Source: Geosiphon pyriformis uo1 (lineage: Eukaryota > Fungi > Glomeromycota). Taken from it: a stretch of DNA of 64,000 bases. The notes under the pieces are model-generated. The model made no database searches. It worked only from the letters and a program-made list of their open reading frames with translations, and was not told where the DNA came from. Positions 26,695 through 39,148 of this stretch are shown here, piece by piece. The stretch is taken from NCBI GenBank assembly GCA_016748015.1, contig JAAOMT010000566.1, positions 124,001 to 188,000 of the forward strand, read 5' to 3'. Both the position numbers and the translations under genes were made by a program. Positions within the stretch are counted from its first letter, which is position 1, and each line of letters opens with the position of its first letter.

Positions 26695-27431
26695 TGTTAT
26701 GGTTGAGACCTATGCTTCTTATTAATTATCACATGTATTAGCCATTGATGTCATATGATTAGCCACACTATTTTTAGAAAATAATCATTGACCTGATTAA
26801 TGACCTAACTGTTGACCTGACCATTGACCTAATCATTGACCTGATCAATAACCTGATCATTGACCTGATCATTGACTTAATTATTGACCTAATTATTGAC
26901 CATTTTTGACAGCTATATAAGTAATGAATTTCTTAGCTGTAGAAAAGCATGTAATAACAAGTATCTGAATAATAAAGAATAAATAAAATAACAACTTTCA
27001 TCTCAATCCTTTTCTTATTGCTAATTTCTCTTTCCCTATCTTCAAGTATCTGAACATTTTAAAGATAAAAAATTACTTGTTGGCCTTTTCCTGACATATA
27101 TAATTGTAGCATTTAAAGATTATTTGAATAAACATGACTGAAAAGCACAAGTTGATACCTGATATTGAATTCTAAGAGCACTGACATAAAGCATAAAATT
27201 ATACTAGTGGTGATCAATTGTTGACAGTACGGACTATCTCTCTACCTTCAGATTTCCCAGTTATCTTTGAAAAGAATAGTGACTGAGATATTTTATGAAA
27301 CTGATCTCACATATTGAATCCATACTCATTTAATTTGCTTTTTAAAGTTGAATTCTCCTTTGATTATTTCCATCACCCTACAATCTTGTTCTCCCTTGCT
27401 ATCCGTTAGCTTGTTATTCCAACCTGTAACA
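26695..27431 (+). repeat. Element C 5' LTR (737 bp)
   Basis: tgttatggttg...cctgtaaca; TATATAAG at ~26914 followed by an AATAAA cluster. Confidence 0.95.
26784..26903 (+). repeat. 12-bp tandem repeat (ATCATTGACCTG)x10 in the 5' LTR
   Basis: Ten units read directly, upstream of the TATA box. Confidence 0.9.
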
Positions 27432-27437
27432 TAAAAG

Positions 27438-27454
27438 TGGTGCTCCCTGTGAGG
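27438..27454 (+). promoter_or_regulatory. Primer binding site of element C (elongator tRNA-Met-like)
   Basis: TGGTGCTCCCTGTGAGG is complementary to ...CCUCACAGGGAGCACCA, which resembles eukaryotic elongator tRNA-Met 3' ends. Confidence 0.75.
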
Positions 27455-27483
27455 TTGTCAAAATTCACTTATTTCCTCATTGT

Positions 27484-29037
27484 ATGGGTGATTATTCATA
27501 CTTGCCACAGCAATCAGAAGAACACTTTGTAGCACACAACAGAAATGACCTAGAGTTTATTGAACTCAATCCTCTGCCCTTCTGCTTAATTTGTTTCTCT
27601 GTTGAAAAACAATCCAGTAGACAATTTTAAGACTTTTGGAACTGGTTCCTGAACAAGCATTCAGCTGAAATCTACACAGCTTATACCATCTATTACTTTA
27701 ATTAAGCTTATTTTGAAGACAATTTTGAAGAAAGAAATACCAGCATCAATCAGCTCTTATACTCCACAACCTTTGAACAACAGCTCCCTGATTTCGAATA
27801 TCTGAATCACTAAATCTATATTTGGATTGCTGCTCACCAACTAGTTGAAAACCCCTTTGAAACAGAAGAAAAAAGTTACCAAACTGCCCCTATTTTTGAT
27901 ATTTTCTTAAGTGAATCAGAGCACTCTACACAAACAGTAACTCCTAAACCAATGGCCTAAGATCCAATACAAGCAAACATCCTGGCTGCCCTCCAAGGTA
28001 TACAAACTGTCTTGGGGCAAAGAAACAACACTCTACTACTATTATTCAGAGGCAATGCACAAGATCCAATTGAATGGTTGAATGACTTTGAAAGAGCTGC
28101 TACAGCCAACCAATATGATAATGAGTACAAGTTTCAAATTGTTGGTGGCTACCTCCAAGGCTCTTCTGCTACCTGGTTCTCACAGGAAACTGATGCTAAT
28201 GTCCATCAAAAAATTATTAGATGGATGCCAGCAAATGCCAGAGAAAACAACACCTCTTTTACAATCTGGTTTGAAAACAAGTTCAGAACTCCAATCTTAA
28301 TATCCAAGTGGCACATGGAATTAGAAAGAAGAACTCAAGACCCTGGTGAAATTGTAACTGAATATGCTAAAGCAATCAGAAAGTTAATCAAGCATGTAAA
28401 CTTTGAAAGAAATTGGACAGAAGAGCAAAAGATTCATTTCTTTACAAAAGGATTAAGAACTGATTTATTTTATGCTTTTTGGTCTCTCTTGGCCCTGAAA
28501 AACAACTCTATAATAGACATGGCCATTGAACTTGCCCAACAAATTGAAGACAACCAAAGAATACATTTGAGATCTACACTTTCAGTTTTTGTTCCTGCTC
28601 CTGTCATGGCTCCTGCCCCTCAAATGGCTGCTGCTTCTTTTGCTGCCCAAACTCAAGATCCAAATGAACAATTAATTAATAAACTCACAGCCAATTTTGC
28701 CCAGTTATTAAAACCTTTGGCACAAGCAGTTAGAGATAACCAACAACCACAAAGACCCAGATATGAACTACGTTTTAATTAGCCCCAGCAACCTCCTTAT
28801 CAAAGACAGCAAAATTGTGGTCCTCTTGTATGTTATAGATGTGGATTAACTGGACATTTCTCAAGAGATTGCAACAATCCTCCTTTACCTCCTCCAGTCC
28901 CCAGAAATAATGACAATTAAAACAATAGACCCATCAACAATAATACTTCCAATCAAAGACCCAACCATGTCAACATCAATTTTTTTGGAGAGGATCCTCT
29001 AGTTGAAACCACTGTTTATCAGCCTTTAAACTGGTAA
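27484..29037 (+). pseudogene. Element C gag with long N-terminal extension and CCHC knuckle
   Basis: FRGNAQDPIEWLNDFERAATANQY...FTKGL; CYRCGLTGHFSRDC at ~28831-28872; one frame with point stops. Confidence 0.85.
29025..29031 (+). promoter_or_regulatory. -1 programmed ribosomal frameshift slippery site T TTA AAC
   Basis: X XXY YYZ phasing in the gag frame, gag stop two codons later (29035-29037), and pol is in the -1 frame. Confidence 0.8.
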
Positions 29038-31717
29038 ACACACCTCCAAAGGGTAAGAGTGCAAGCCAACCAGAAGAAAACCCCTTTTTTGCTTTTAATT
29101 TAACTGATAATGACCATGACATGGATGAATTAGCAATTAACACTTCTGAATCAACCAAAAAAAAGAAGAAAGCCAAGGTTAATTTCATTCTAGATCCCAA
29201 CAAAGCCTCAATTTTCACTGTTGATAACAATGAGCCACCAAAAGCCAAAGTTTTTAAGAACTCTCCAAAGTTGGAATCCCCAGAAATTGTACAAAAATCT
29301 GGATTCTATTCTGTTGTCAAAGATCTCATGAAAACCCCAGCACACATTACCTTTGGCCAGTTAATGACTCATCCACAGTTCAGAAAAGATCTTCACAAAT
29401 CTCTAATCCTCAAGAAGAAAACACCAAAGACCAATAAACACTCTTGCCAAGCTGGACTTGCTAACAACAGCAATGTCACTCCTCTAATTTGCAAAGCACA
29501 AGTGGCTGGTTACTTTATTGACTTGATCCTAAACAGTAGATCATTTGTTAGTGTAATTGCCAAACACTTTCTTGAAGCAATTGGCAGAAAAATTGATGAA
29601 CCTTCTACCTGACCAATAACCAACATACATGGTGACAAAAAAAAAGGTCTGAGCATTGCCAAAGCTATTCCTGTTTGCATCAATAACATCAGTATTGAAA
29701 CTGACATGGAAGTTTCTGAAGCTAAAGAATACACCATTATTGTTGGCAATAAGTGGCTTAAGAAACCAAAGGTCTTATTCGACTATGAACTTTGTGAGCT
29801 AACCATAAGATGTAATAAAAAACCCATTGTGGTTAAATGTCGCCATTGGACAACTCCTTCAGCAACCAAACAAAATCAAGAAGATGAGCAATCAAAAGAA
29901 TCAAATGATGAAGAGAGTGATGAAAAAGATGAACAAAAAAAACAAAAAGAAACTGCTGAACTTGCCTACACCACCTTCACCAGCAATGGCAAGCCACTAG
30001 ACAATGTTAAAGCTAATAGAGAGGGAATTATTGTAAATGGCAAGCTGATTTGCTGGCCCTACCATGATATTCTAAGAAGAACCTTTGACCAAAAGCCTGG
30101 CAAGAAAGCCAAATACAGTTATTGGTGGCATGGCTCTTGTGCCCAGTGCTGGTGCAATAAACCTTTGTATTCTCCAAGTGATGAATGCAAATCATGCCTA
30201 ATCTATTACAAAGATTGGGAACCAATTAGCCTAATACTAAAAGATTAATTAAAAAAAGTACAGAAGTCCTTTGAAAATGAACCACCTGAGATCCAATTAT
30301 TAGTAGTAAAACAAAGAAAACCCTCCCCAGAAGAAAGAAAGATAGACATTGAAAATCTGTTGACAAGAAACAGTCCAGTTATCTCAAAAGAAGGTGATAC
30401 CCCAAGATGAACCCATGTGATACAACACACTATCACCATCAGAGAAACTTGCCCCATCCATTTGAAGCCTTAACAATCCAATTGCCAAAATGATGAGTTT
30501 ATCAAGAAAGAAATAAACTGGATGAAAGAACTTGAATTCATACAAAAAACCAAGAGTGAATGGGCTTTCCCAGTTGTAGTAGTATCCAAAAAAGATGGAA
30601 CCCTATGTTTCTGTGTTGACTACTATCAATTAAATGCCATCACTGAAAGAGACATGTACTCACTTCCCAAGATTGATACAATGCTGGACCAATTCAAAGA
30701 TGCTGCTTTCTTTTCAATCATTGATCTAACTGCTGGATTCTGACAAGTAGAAATGGATCCAGAAAGCCAGAAGAAAACCGTCTTCATTACCAAGTATGGC
30801 ATCTATAAATTCACAGTTATGCCTTTTGGTCTCACCAATGCCCTTCCACCTTTTAATGCTTAATGGATAAAGTATTTGAATCAGTGAAAAAAAACTTTGT
30901 TTTGGTCTATCTAGACGATATAATAGTGTACTCAAAAACCTGGGATGAACATCTTGAACATTTGCAAAAAGTTTTTGATCTTCTCAGAAATACAGGTCTC
31001 AAGATCAACCCAATCAAATCTTTCTTTGGAAGACAATCCACCCAATTCCTTGGCCATCTTATTACAAAAGATAGAATCTTTCTTAATCCAGCCAAAGTGG
31101 AAAAAGTTCAGAACATAAGACAACCAATGAATGTTCATGAGTTATGTTTTTTTCTTGGTTTGGCCTTTTATTATTGCAAATTTGTTAAGGATTTCTCCAA
31201 AATTGTCTCTCCACTCAATCAGCTACTCAGAAAAAATGTCAACTACCATTGGGGCACATATTAGCAGAAAGCATTTGAAACCCTCAAAGAAAAATTGGTT
31301 ACAGAATCTATTCTCAAACAACCTAATCTGGATCAACCTTTTATCTTTTACACTGATACATTTGGCTATGGACTTGGTACTGTTCTCTCACAAAAAGATG
31401 AAGATGGCAGGGAACATGCAATAGTCTATGCCAATAGAACTTTTACACCAGCAGAAAAAAATTATTCAGTTACTGAACAGAAATGCTTAGCAGGAGTTTG
31501 GGCTATCAGCTACTGGGATAAATATCTCCTTGGTATGAAGTTTTTGGTGGTAACAGATTACCAAGCTTTGGTTTGGCTGTGCAACAAGAAAAGGCTAGAA
31601 CATAAACGGATAGCCCACTGGATACTCCACTTGGACAAATTTGACTATGACATTCAATATTGCAAAGAAGCACATTATCAAAACGCTGACGCTCTCTCTA
31701 GACTTACCATCCAGTAA
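29031..31717 (+). pseudogene. Element C pol (protease, Cys motif, RT, RNase H)
   Basis: IDLILNSRS protease relic; FCVDY; LVYLDDII; FYTDTFGYGLGTVLSQ; NADALSR; stop at 31715-31717. Confidence 0.92.
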
Positions 31718-31782
31718 CAGTACAACTACCTCAAACCAAACCAACCTAATTATTAGTAATTCTCTCACAACCAAACTTGATA

Positions 31783-33096
31783 ATAGACTTGGACAACTAC
31801 TATGCCTTAATGGAATTTTTGGCTAAAGGACAATACCCACCAGAATACAATTGACAGCAAAAAGAACATTTGCGCAAACAATCAAATTTCTATTTGATCC
31901 ACCAAAACCAACTATACAAAAAAAACAAAAAAAATCCTGACTGCCTCCAGAGAGTCATAAGATTTGAAGAAAGAGAAATTGTGATCTATAACATGCATAC
32001 TAATTCATTAGCTGGACACTTTGGAAAAACAAAAACAATTCAGAAAACTCTAGCTCACTATTATTGACCTACCTTGGGAAAAGACATTGCTGAGTACATT
32101 AAAACCTGTGATACCTGTCAAAGAAAAGGAAAACCCAATAAAAAAGAAGATATTCATCCAATCTCTATTGGCCAATCATTTGACAGGATTGGTATAGATG
32201 TTGTTGGACTTTTAACAATAACTCCTGATGGCAACAGATACATTATCACAGCTACTGACTATCTTACAAAGTGGGTAAAAGCAAGAGCCACTTCAGACCA
32301 AACAGCAGTTTCAATAGCCAATTTCATTTATGAAGATATTATCTGCCATCATGACTGCTTCAGAGAACTTTTATCTGATAGAAAAAAAGCTTTTCTCAGT
32401 ACACTGGTTGAAAAATTTTGTAGAAAAATGGGAATACGTTACAAACTTTCCTCTCCTTATTACTCCCAAACAAATGGCCTAGTGAAACATTTTAATAGAA
32501 CACTATGTGAAACTCTAGCCAAAACAAGTGAAGAAACAAACTTATGAGACAAAGTACTGCCTTCAGCTTTGTTTGCTTATAGAACTGTGAATTATGACAT
32601 AACAAGTTATGAATCTTTTTATCTGCTCTATGAACACATGGCAACACTACCAATAGAAATTGACATTGAGACAATATCTTTTGAAGAGATCACAATAGCA
32701 AATTACAAAGACATTTTGCAAAGAAGACTTGGTACCATTCTTGACTTATTGGTAGAAGCACAAATAGTTGCTTTTGAAAAGATAAAACAGTTTCAAGAAA
32801 AGCTTAAAAAGAAAAAAACCTATAAAACACTTTCTTTAAGTATTGGTGACTTGGTATTAGAATACCATTCAGACAGAGACAATGTCTATGGTGATAAATT
32901 CTCTAGCCAGTAGAAAGAACCCTTTATAGTCAACAAAGTTTTGAACAATGATTCTTATATTCTTCAAGATCAATCTGGAACAATCTTTAATGATCGACTT
33001 GTTTACAACACGCGACTTAAGAAATATCATAAACAATCTGATTGGTTGCCTGTTGTGATAATACTGACTCAAATGATTAACAAAAATCAAGTATAA
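31783..33096 (+). pseudogene. Element C integrase (separate ORF)
   Basis: HTNSLAGHFG...CDTC (HHCC); GIDVVG, LSDR and NGLVKHFN (DDE with E>K); start ATA is presumably a mutated ATG. Confidence 0.9.
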
Positions 33097-33137
33097 ATAA
33101 ATGCATCATTCCCAAAACAGAGGTATCTTCAATCGAC

Positions 33138-33794
33138 ATGAACAATTATTTTCTGGATCAAAACATTCAAAATGCCTTCTATACTCTCTATGAGTATTGA
33201 ATTAAAAACTATCCAAATACTACTTTGACTATTGGAAAACAGACCACCATAACTGATAACAGTGGAACATATATTGTTATTAGACCAAAGAAAACAACTA
33301 CCAGAAGAGAAAAAATTGGTAGCAAAATGGATAAATATCTACTAGAAAGTATAACAGCAGTGATACTTGTACCTTCCACTACACTTGGAAAAACAATTAA
33401 AGAAATCTTACCCATAGACAAAAACTTGTCATATAGAAGACAACTAGAGCTCTATGGTCGTCTTGGTGAAATTATAGATGACATAAAGCTCATGAAGAAA
33501 ACAACTTCAGAGATACAGGCAGAAATTTTGGGCATTATATGATTAGATGTTCTAAGAGTTTTAACCATTGCTAAAAGAGCCAAAACTCTAATACAAAAAT
33601 GTAGTTTCTTGGATACAAAACTCATTTCGCCTCAAGTATTATACACTCTATCTACAAAAGACTTCAATAAATTAGTTAGCTTTGAGTTAGATAAAACTCT
33701 TCAAATAGATTACACTATAAATAGCTTGATTTTGCCAGAGCTCAATCTCTTTAAAGAGAATAATGTTATGGTTGAAACCTATACTTCTTATTAA
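33138..33794 (+). pseudogene. Element C ORF3 (unknown protein), running into the 3' LTR
   Basis: ATG at 33138 and ORFs 33225..33542 and 33609..33794 share one frame, broken by two TGA. Confidence 0.7.
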
Positions 33795-34440
33795 TTATCA
33801 CATGTATTAGCCACTGATGTCATATAATTAGCCACACTATTTTTAAAAAGTGATCATTGACTTGATTAATGACCTGACTGTTGACCTGATCATTGACCTG
33901 ATCATTGACCACTTTTAACAGCTATATAAGTGATAAATCTTTTAGCTGTAGAAAAGCATGTAATAACAAACATCTGAATAATAAAGAATAAATAAAATAA
34001 CAACTTTCATCTCAATCTTTCTCTTATCACTAATTTTCCTTTTTCTACCTTCAAGTATTTGAACATCTTAAAGATAAAAGATTACTTGTTGGCCTTTTTT
34101 TGACGTATATAATTGTAACATTTGAAGATTATTTGAATAAACATAACTGAAAAGCACAAGTTGATACCTGATATTAAATTCTAAGAGTGCTGATATGAAG
34201 CATAGAATTATACCAGTGGTAATCAATTATTGACAGTACAGACTATTCCTCTACCTTCAGATTCTCCAGTTACCTTTAAAAAGAATAGCAACTGAGATAT
34301 TTTATGAGACTGATTTCGCACATTGAATCCATACTCATTCAATTCGTTCTTTAAAGTTGAATTCCTCTTTGATTATTTCCATCACCCTACAATCCTGTTC
34401 TCTTTTGCTATCCATTAGCTTGTTACTCCAACCCGTAACA
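33764..34440 (+). repeat. Element C 3' LTR (677 bp; only five 12-bp units, at 33853-33912)
   Basis: Matches 26695-27431; preceded by the purine tract aaagagaa. Confidence 0.95.
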
Positions 34441-35200
34441 ATATTGTGTGACTTTTATAATAAGAACTTTGATAAATATAATATTATTATTAACTTTAAA
34501 AAGAAAATTATTAATTTTATTAATAGAAATTTTAATTGCTATATTGGCTATAGTAATTCTGGCACTAATAACTTAATTAATTTGGTAACCTAATTAATCC
34601 ATAAGTTGTTTAGTAATAATGCTGTTTACTGATCTATTATCAAAGATAAGCTTAATAAATTGGTCATCAACTTTAATCTAAAAACATAGAATATTAATAA
34701 TCTTTAGTATTTTTTTTTAATTTTTATAATAAAGCTTTTATTAATTAATAACAATATGAATAATCTTAATTAAAGATTATTTTTTTAAGTTTTTTAGCTA
34801 ATAAATAATAATTTTATTCAATAAATAATACCAATAAGTTTCTTAATATATTGAATTTTGATAATTCTATTTTCAATATTAATTCTGATTTTTTTTTAAT
34901 AAAAAATTAGAATTTTGCAAGATTAAATTGTTGAATCAATTATTGTTTTTCTTAATATTAAAGTTAATATATATATATATGTTTGTAGTTTTATAAGAAA
35001 ACATATTATAATATTTTTTTTAATATTTTAACTTGATGTTTGCTGCTATTATTAGTTAATAATTGCTACTATTGTAAACTAGTGCTTATTACTATTATAA
35101 AATAATGCTTGATACTATATTAATTATTATTATTTTAAGATTATTATTATATTATATTATAATTAGATAATTTATATTATTTTGTGATTTTTTTGCTAAA
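34441..35200 (-). mobile_element. Element D right part: protease N-terminus joined by deletion to a partial family-A-like LTR
   Basis: IKLIFDNRSVNSIITKQLMD..KVTQY at 34441-34673; 34674-35200 aligns to A LTR 5033-5642. Confidence 0.8.
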
Positions 35201-35895
35201 TTTTTGCTAAAAAATTATTTTATTTATTAAAGTTATTAAATTAACAAAAAAAAGTTAATTATTATCAAATAATTAACAAAATATTAAAATAAAATAAAAT
35301 AAAAATATTAAAAAATAAAATAACTTAATTAAAAATAGAATTTTTTAAGAAAATAAAAAATTATTTTATTTTAAATTTAGAAAAAAGTAATATTTATTAA
35401 ACTTTTTAATAATAAAACCAAAAATTTAATAACAACTTATAGAATTGCTTATTATAACAGAAATATAAAACAAAAACATGTTTTTATTATTATTATAAAC
35501 ACATAAATATTTGATTAATTAATATTAAACACATATATTAAAATAATTATTATATATTATTATAAATACTCAAAAATTAATATATATTGTTATTATATTA
35601 ATATTTAAATATATACCAAAATCAAAAAACTTACTAATAATAACTAATAATAATTAATTTAAAATAATATTTCAAATTCTAAAATTAATTAGTATTAAAT
35701 TAAAATATAATAATTTTTAGAAATTTTAATTATATAAAACCTAATTAACAAATCAATTATAATTATTAAAATTTTTAACTAATTTATTTTAATATTTTAA
35801 AAAACTTAAATCTTGAAAATAATAATAGTAAAAATATAATTAAAATTGAAAATATTATTAAAACTAAACTTAAATTAACTAATATTATTAATTAA
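35201..35895 (+). mobile_element. Ghost Gypsy element E, segment 1 (gag 3' part, family A)
   Basis: Aligns to the reverse complement of A ~10610-11310 with most G/C converted to A/T. Confidence 0.65.
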
Positions 35896-38763
35896 GCAGG
35901 ATATGCAGAAGACCTATGATTCGGTTAGGTGGCATTATTTGAGGGCTAGCTTGTAGCATATTAAGATGTGTGAAAGATTCATTAAGTTTTTTGGTGGTAT
36001 TTACAAGGATAAGATTAACAGGATTATGACTGATTTTGGTTTGTTTGGTGGTTACAAGATGCATGATGGGCTGGATCAGGGTGAGGTCTTTTCACCTCTT
36101 CTGTGGAGAATCTTCTATGATCCACTTTTGTGCGAAGTCAAAAAGCATGAACAATTGTGTGAGTACTAAATTAATACTAAGTTTGTTTCAAAAAATGGCA
36201 GGATTGAGGGTGTGGTGGTTTGACTTCTTATTTTTTAGCTGGTGTATTTGTTAATAATACTATTTGGGTTGGAAATTGTCAGGCCTCTATTCAGTATGTA
36301 TTGAACATTGCCAGTGAATTTTTTATGATCAACAATATTTCTATTAACAGTAAAAAAATGGTGGCTATCCCCATAAATCAGGGTGTTAAGATTGCTTTAT
36401 TGAGTATTTGTAGTCAGCCAATTTCGATAGCTAAGAAAGGTGAGTCACATTGTTATCTGGGTATCTTTTTGTCTACAGAGGAGTTGTCCAAGCCGAGTGT
36501 TGCCAAAGCTTATACAGATGTTCATTTCTTTGTTAATGTTGTGCTAAGAAAAGCTATTACCAATAAGCAGTTTTTGTATTTGGTTTTGGCTGTCTTGCAG
36601 CCTATTGTTAGCTATTATATGCAGTTCAGTTTTATCTTTTCTAATGTTTGTCACAAGTGAAATGTCTTAGTTAAGAAGTGTCTCAAAGCTAAAGCTCATC
36701 TTCTCCATGACTTTGTTAATGCTGCTTTGTATCATTCTTTGTTATATGGGCTGAAACTCTTTGAACAAGTGCAGTCTGAAGGGAAGGTGGCTGCTCTGAT
36801 TGTGTTTTCTAATGCTTCTGGTATTCTTGGGTGTTTGTTTAGTCATAGATTTTTGGATTTGCAAGTTCTTGGTTGGGCTCCTTTGGATCTTTTGCAGTTC
36901 TCTGTCAGATTGTGCATTAATCCAGTAAACAATTTTTTGGCTGGGGTGGTCAAGATTTTTTTGAGCAATGAACTGTTTTTGGTAAACAATCTCCCCACTG
37001 TGTTTTGTAGTCCTGGTTACTTTTTTTTATCATCTATTCTTGGGAAGTCCCTGTACTTTAATTCAGTCAAATCTCTTAAGCATTTTGGTGTTGCTTTTGG
37101 TAATCAGCTTTTTGATAAAAAGGGTGGCTTGTTGAATTGGAAGACTTTTCGCTGTTGAAAGAAATTGGACCCGCATGGTTCTGTGTCTCACTGGTTTGTG
37201 GTTTTTTCTGAGTTTTTAAAGGGTTAGAGCTTCTTGTTTTCTTGTTCTGCTGGCTCTGATGGATTGTGCGGCTTAGACATTTTGAGATCTGGGGAGTTTT
37301 CTGCTGTTAAAGATGGATTGTATGATGTTTGGTCCGGTTTTTTTGAGGTTTTTACAAATGGGTCTTTAAGGAATGCTGGCTCTGCTGAGGTTGACAGTAG
37401 TACTGCTGTGTACTTTCTGACACTGGATCTGAGTGTTGGTGTTGCTGTTCATGGTCTTTTGTTATCTACTATGGCTGAGTTGCAGGCTGTCACTTTGTTT
37501 TTGGAATGTGTTCCTTCTTCAAGTACTGTGGTGTTGTATCTTGACAGCCAAGTTGCCATTAATGCTTGTGTGTCTAAGCTGTCTTTGGCCTGCCCTGATT
37601 TCCATAATCAATGCTGGCTAGAAAGGCATTATATTTTCAATTTTATCAGAAATAAAGATCTTGTTGTGAGTTGGGTTAAGGTGAAGGACCATTCTGGAGT
37701 TTCTGGTATTGAGAGAGCTGACTTGGCTGCTCGAGCTGCCTCTGGATCTTCTTTTTCATTGTTGGCTGATGTGCATAAACATTTTCTGGTTGTTGAGGAT
37801 ACTGCTGTTTCTGGTAATGCCTGTCATTTTGTCAGGGATATTTTTTGGTCAATTTGTCATGCTTATTGAGAAGCTGGCCCTGGTTATGATGTGATTCCTA
37901 ATGCATTGATTGGTTGCATCAACTGGGTTGTCACGGCAAAAGTGTAACATCTTAACTCTTATATGCTCACTGGCTTCACTAGTCATAAATCTTTGACGCT
38001 TTGCACTTATCTTATGAAAGCTGTGCACAGAAGGTTGCCAGTGGCAGTTAGAAAAAAATTGTATAATAAGTGCTACCCTGGTGTATTGTGTTTGCTGTGC
38101 AGTAGTGTAGAGTTTCCTGACCATGCTTTTACTTGTGTTCGTAAGTCTGGCATTTGTGATGAGATCTTGGCTGAGGCTTCTGCCCATTGGTCTGCCTTGG
38201 CTGGTGTTTTCAATATTTTTTCATCTGCCATGTTGCAGGTTTTATCTCAATGCTCTGTCAATGTTGAGTTGTACACTCTGGTCTGCAAAGAATTTGTGTT
38301 GAATAATTGGTATCAAGAGGCTTGTAGTGTTTTTAATAATAGAAAGGTGGCTGTTGCTCAGATTGTTGATTTCATAAGATTTGTTATGAAATTGCATTGT
38401 ATCAAGGTGTGGTTGGTGAGGTCTAGTCACCAGATGGTAATGGAAAAGACTGGTTTGGTTTACGATGGTGGGGTTGTTTCTGGGCTCTCTCATAGAGTAT
38501 TCTTGGTATTGTCTGATGGTATTGTTAGATTGCTCAGAATGGTTGAATCTTTTGCCATTTGCTTTGGTCGTCGTAAACCATGTTGTTTTTTTTCTGGTCT
38601 GGGTGGTCGGGTGCAGGTTAATATAGATGTGTAGTGTTGCTTTGTCTGGTCTGAATAGCTAGCTACATGTAGAAAGTGCGTAAATTATGTTTAGTTTGAG
38701 TCTCAGTTTGGTTTTATGTACTAGATAGTGGTTGGGCTTTACTTATTAAATGTTTAATAAAAA
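35896..38763 (+). mobile_element. LINE L2, 5'-truncated (RT C-half, RNase H, CCHC, 3' UTR, A tail)
   Basis: Starts at QDMQKTYDSV; GLDQGEVFSP; FVNNT; FTNGS..AELQA..DSQ..WVKVKDHSG; CLLCSSVEFPDHAFTC; stop at 38634. Confidence 0.92.
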
Positions 38764-38964
38764 TAATTATTAATTATTATTACAAAATAAAAATTTTACA
38801 ATTATTTTTTTTTTGAGTTAAAAAATATAAAGCCATATTTATTAAAACAATATTAAATAAAAAATATCTAATTAAGTATATAAAAACAAAAATAAACAAT
38901 ATTTTAAATTAGATTATATAAAAACTTTTTATTAATTATAATGATTATTATACCAGAATTTTAA
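38764..38964 (+). mobile_element. Ghost element E, segment 2 (protease region, internally deleted)
   Basis: Decayed AAIFPFELEENKAMFSGATLNKK and ILDWTTQELLINYN equivalents. Confidence 0.6.
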
Positions 38965-39148
38965 TTTTTATTATTATTATTATTTAACAAGTAAGGAAAA
39001 AATTTAAAAAATTTAAATTTATATCTTTTTCTTGTCAATTCCCTAACTATGATGAGAGCATAAATATTTTTGAAGTATTCGCTTTTCTTCCTTCCTTTTC
39101 CTCTAGTCCCTATTAGCTATTTCTTCTATTATACTTCTGTTTGTCGCA

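Larger units (their letters stand above)
26695..34440 (+). mobile_element. Ty3/Gypsy LTR retrotransposon C (gag, -1 frameshift, PR-RT-RH, separate IN, ORF3)
   Basis: LTRs at 26695-27431 and 33764-34440 with TG..CA ends. TSD GTAT/ATAT (one transition). Inserted within the protease of D, which resumes at 34441. Confidence 0.95.

Noticed and set aside
26784-26903. Iteron or CRISPR-like array
   Set aside because: Spacer-less 12-bp minisatellite within an LTR
29014-29051. 38-nt GT..AG intron that would also join the gag and pol frames
   Set aside because: Very short with a poor donor (GTTTAT); the correctly phased TTTAAAC explains the frame change better, though splicing is not excluded
39046-39082. 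Hammerhead-like tgatgag in the L3 5' UTR
   Set aside because: Lacks CUGAUGA, GAAA and supporting stems
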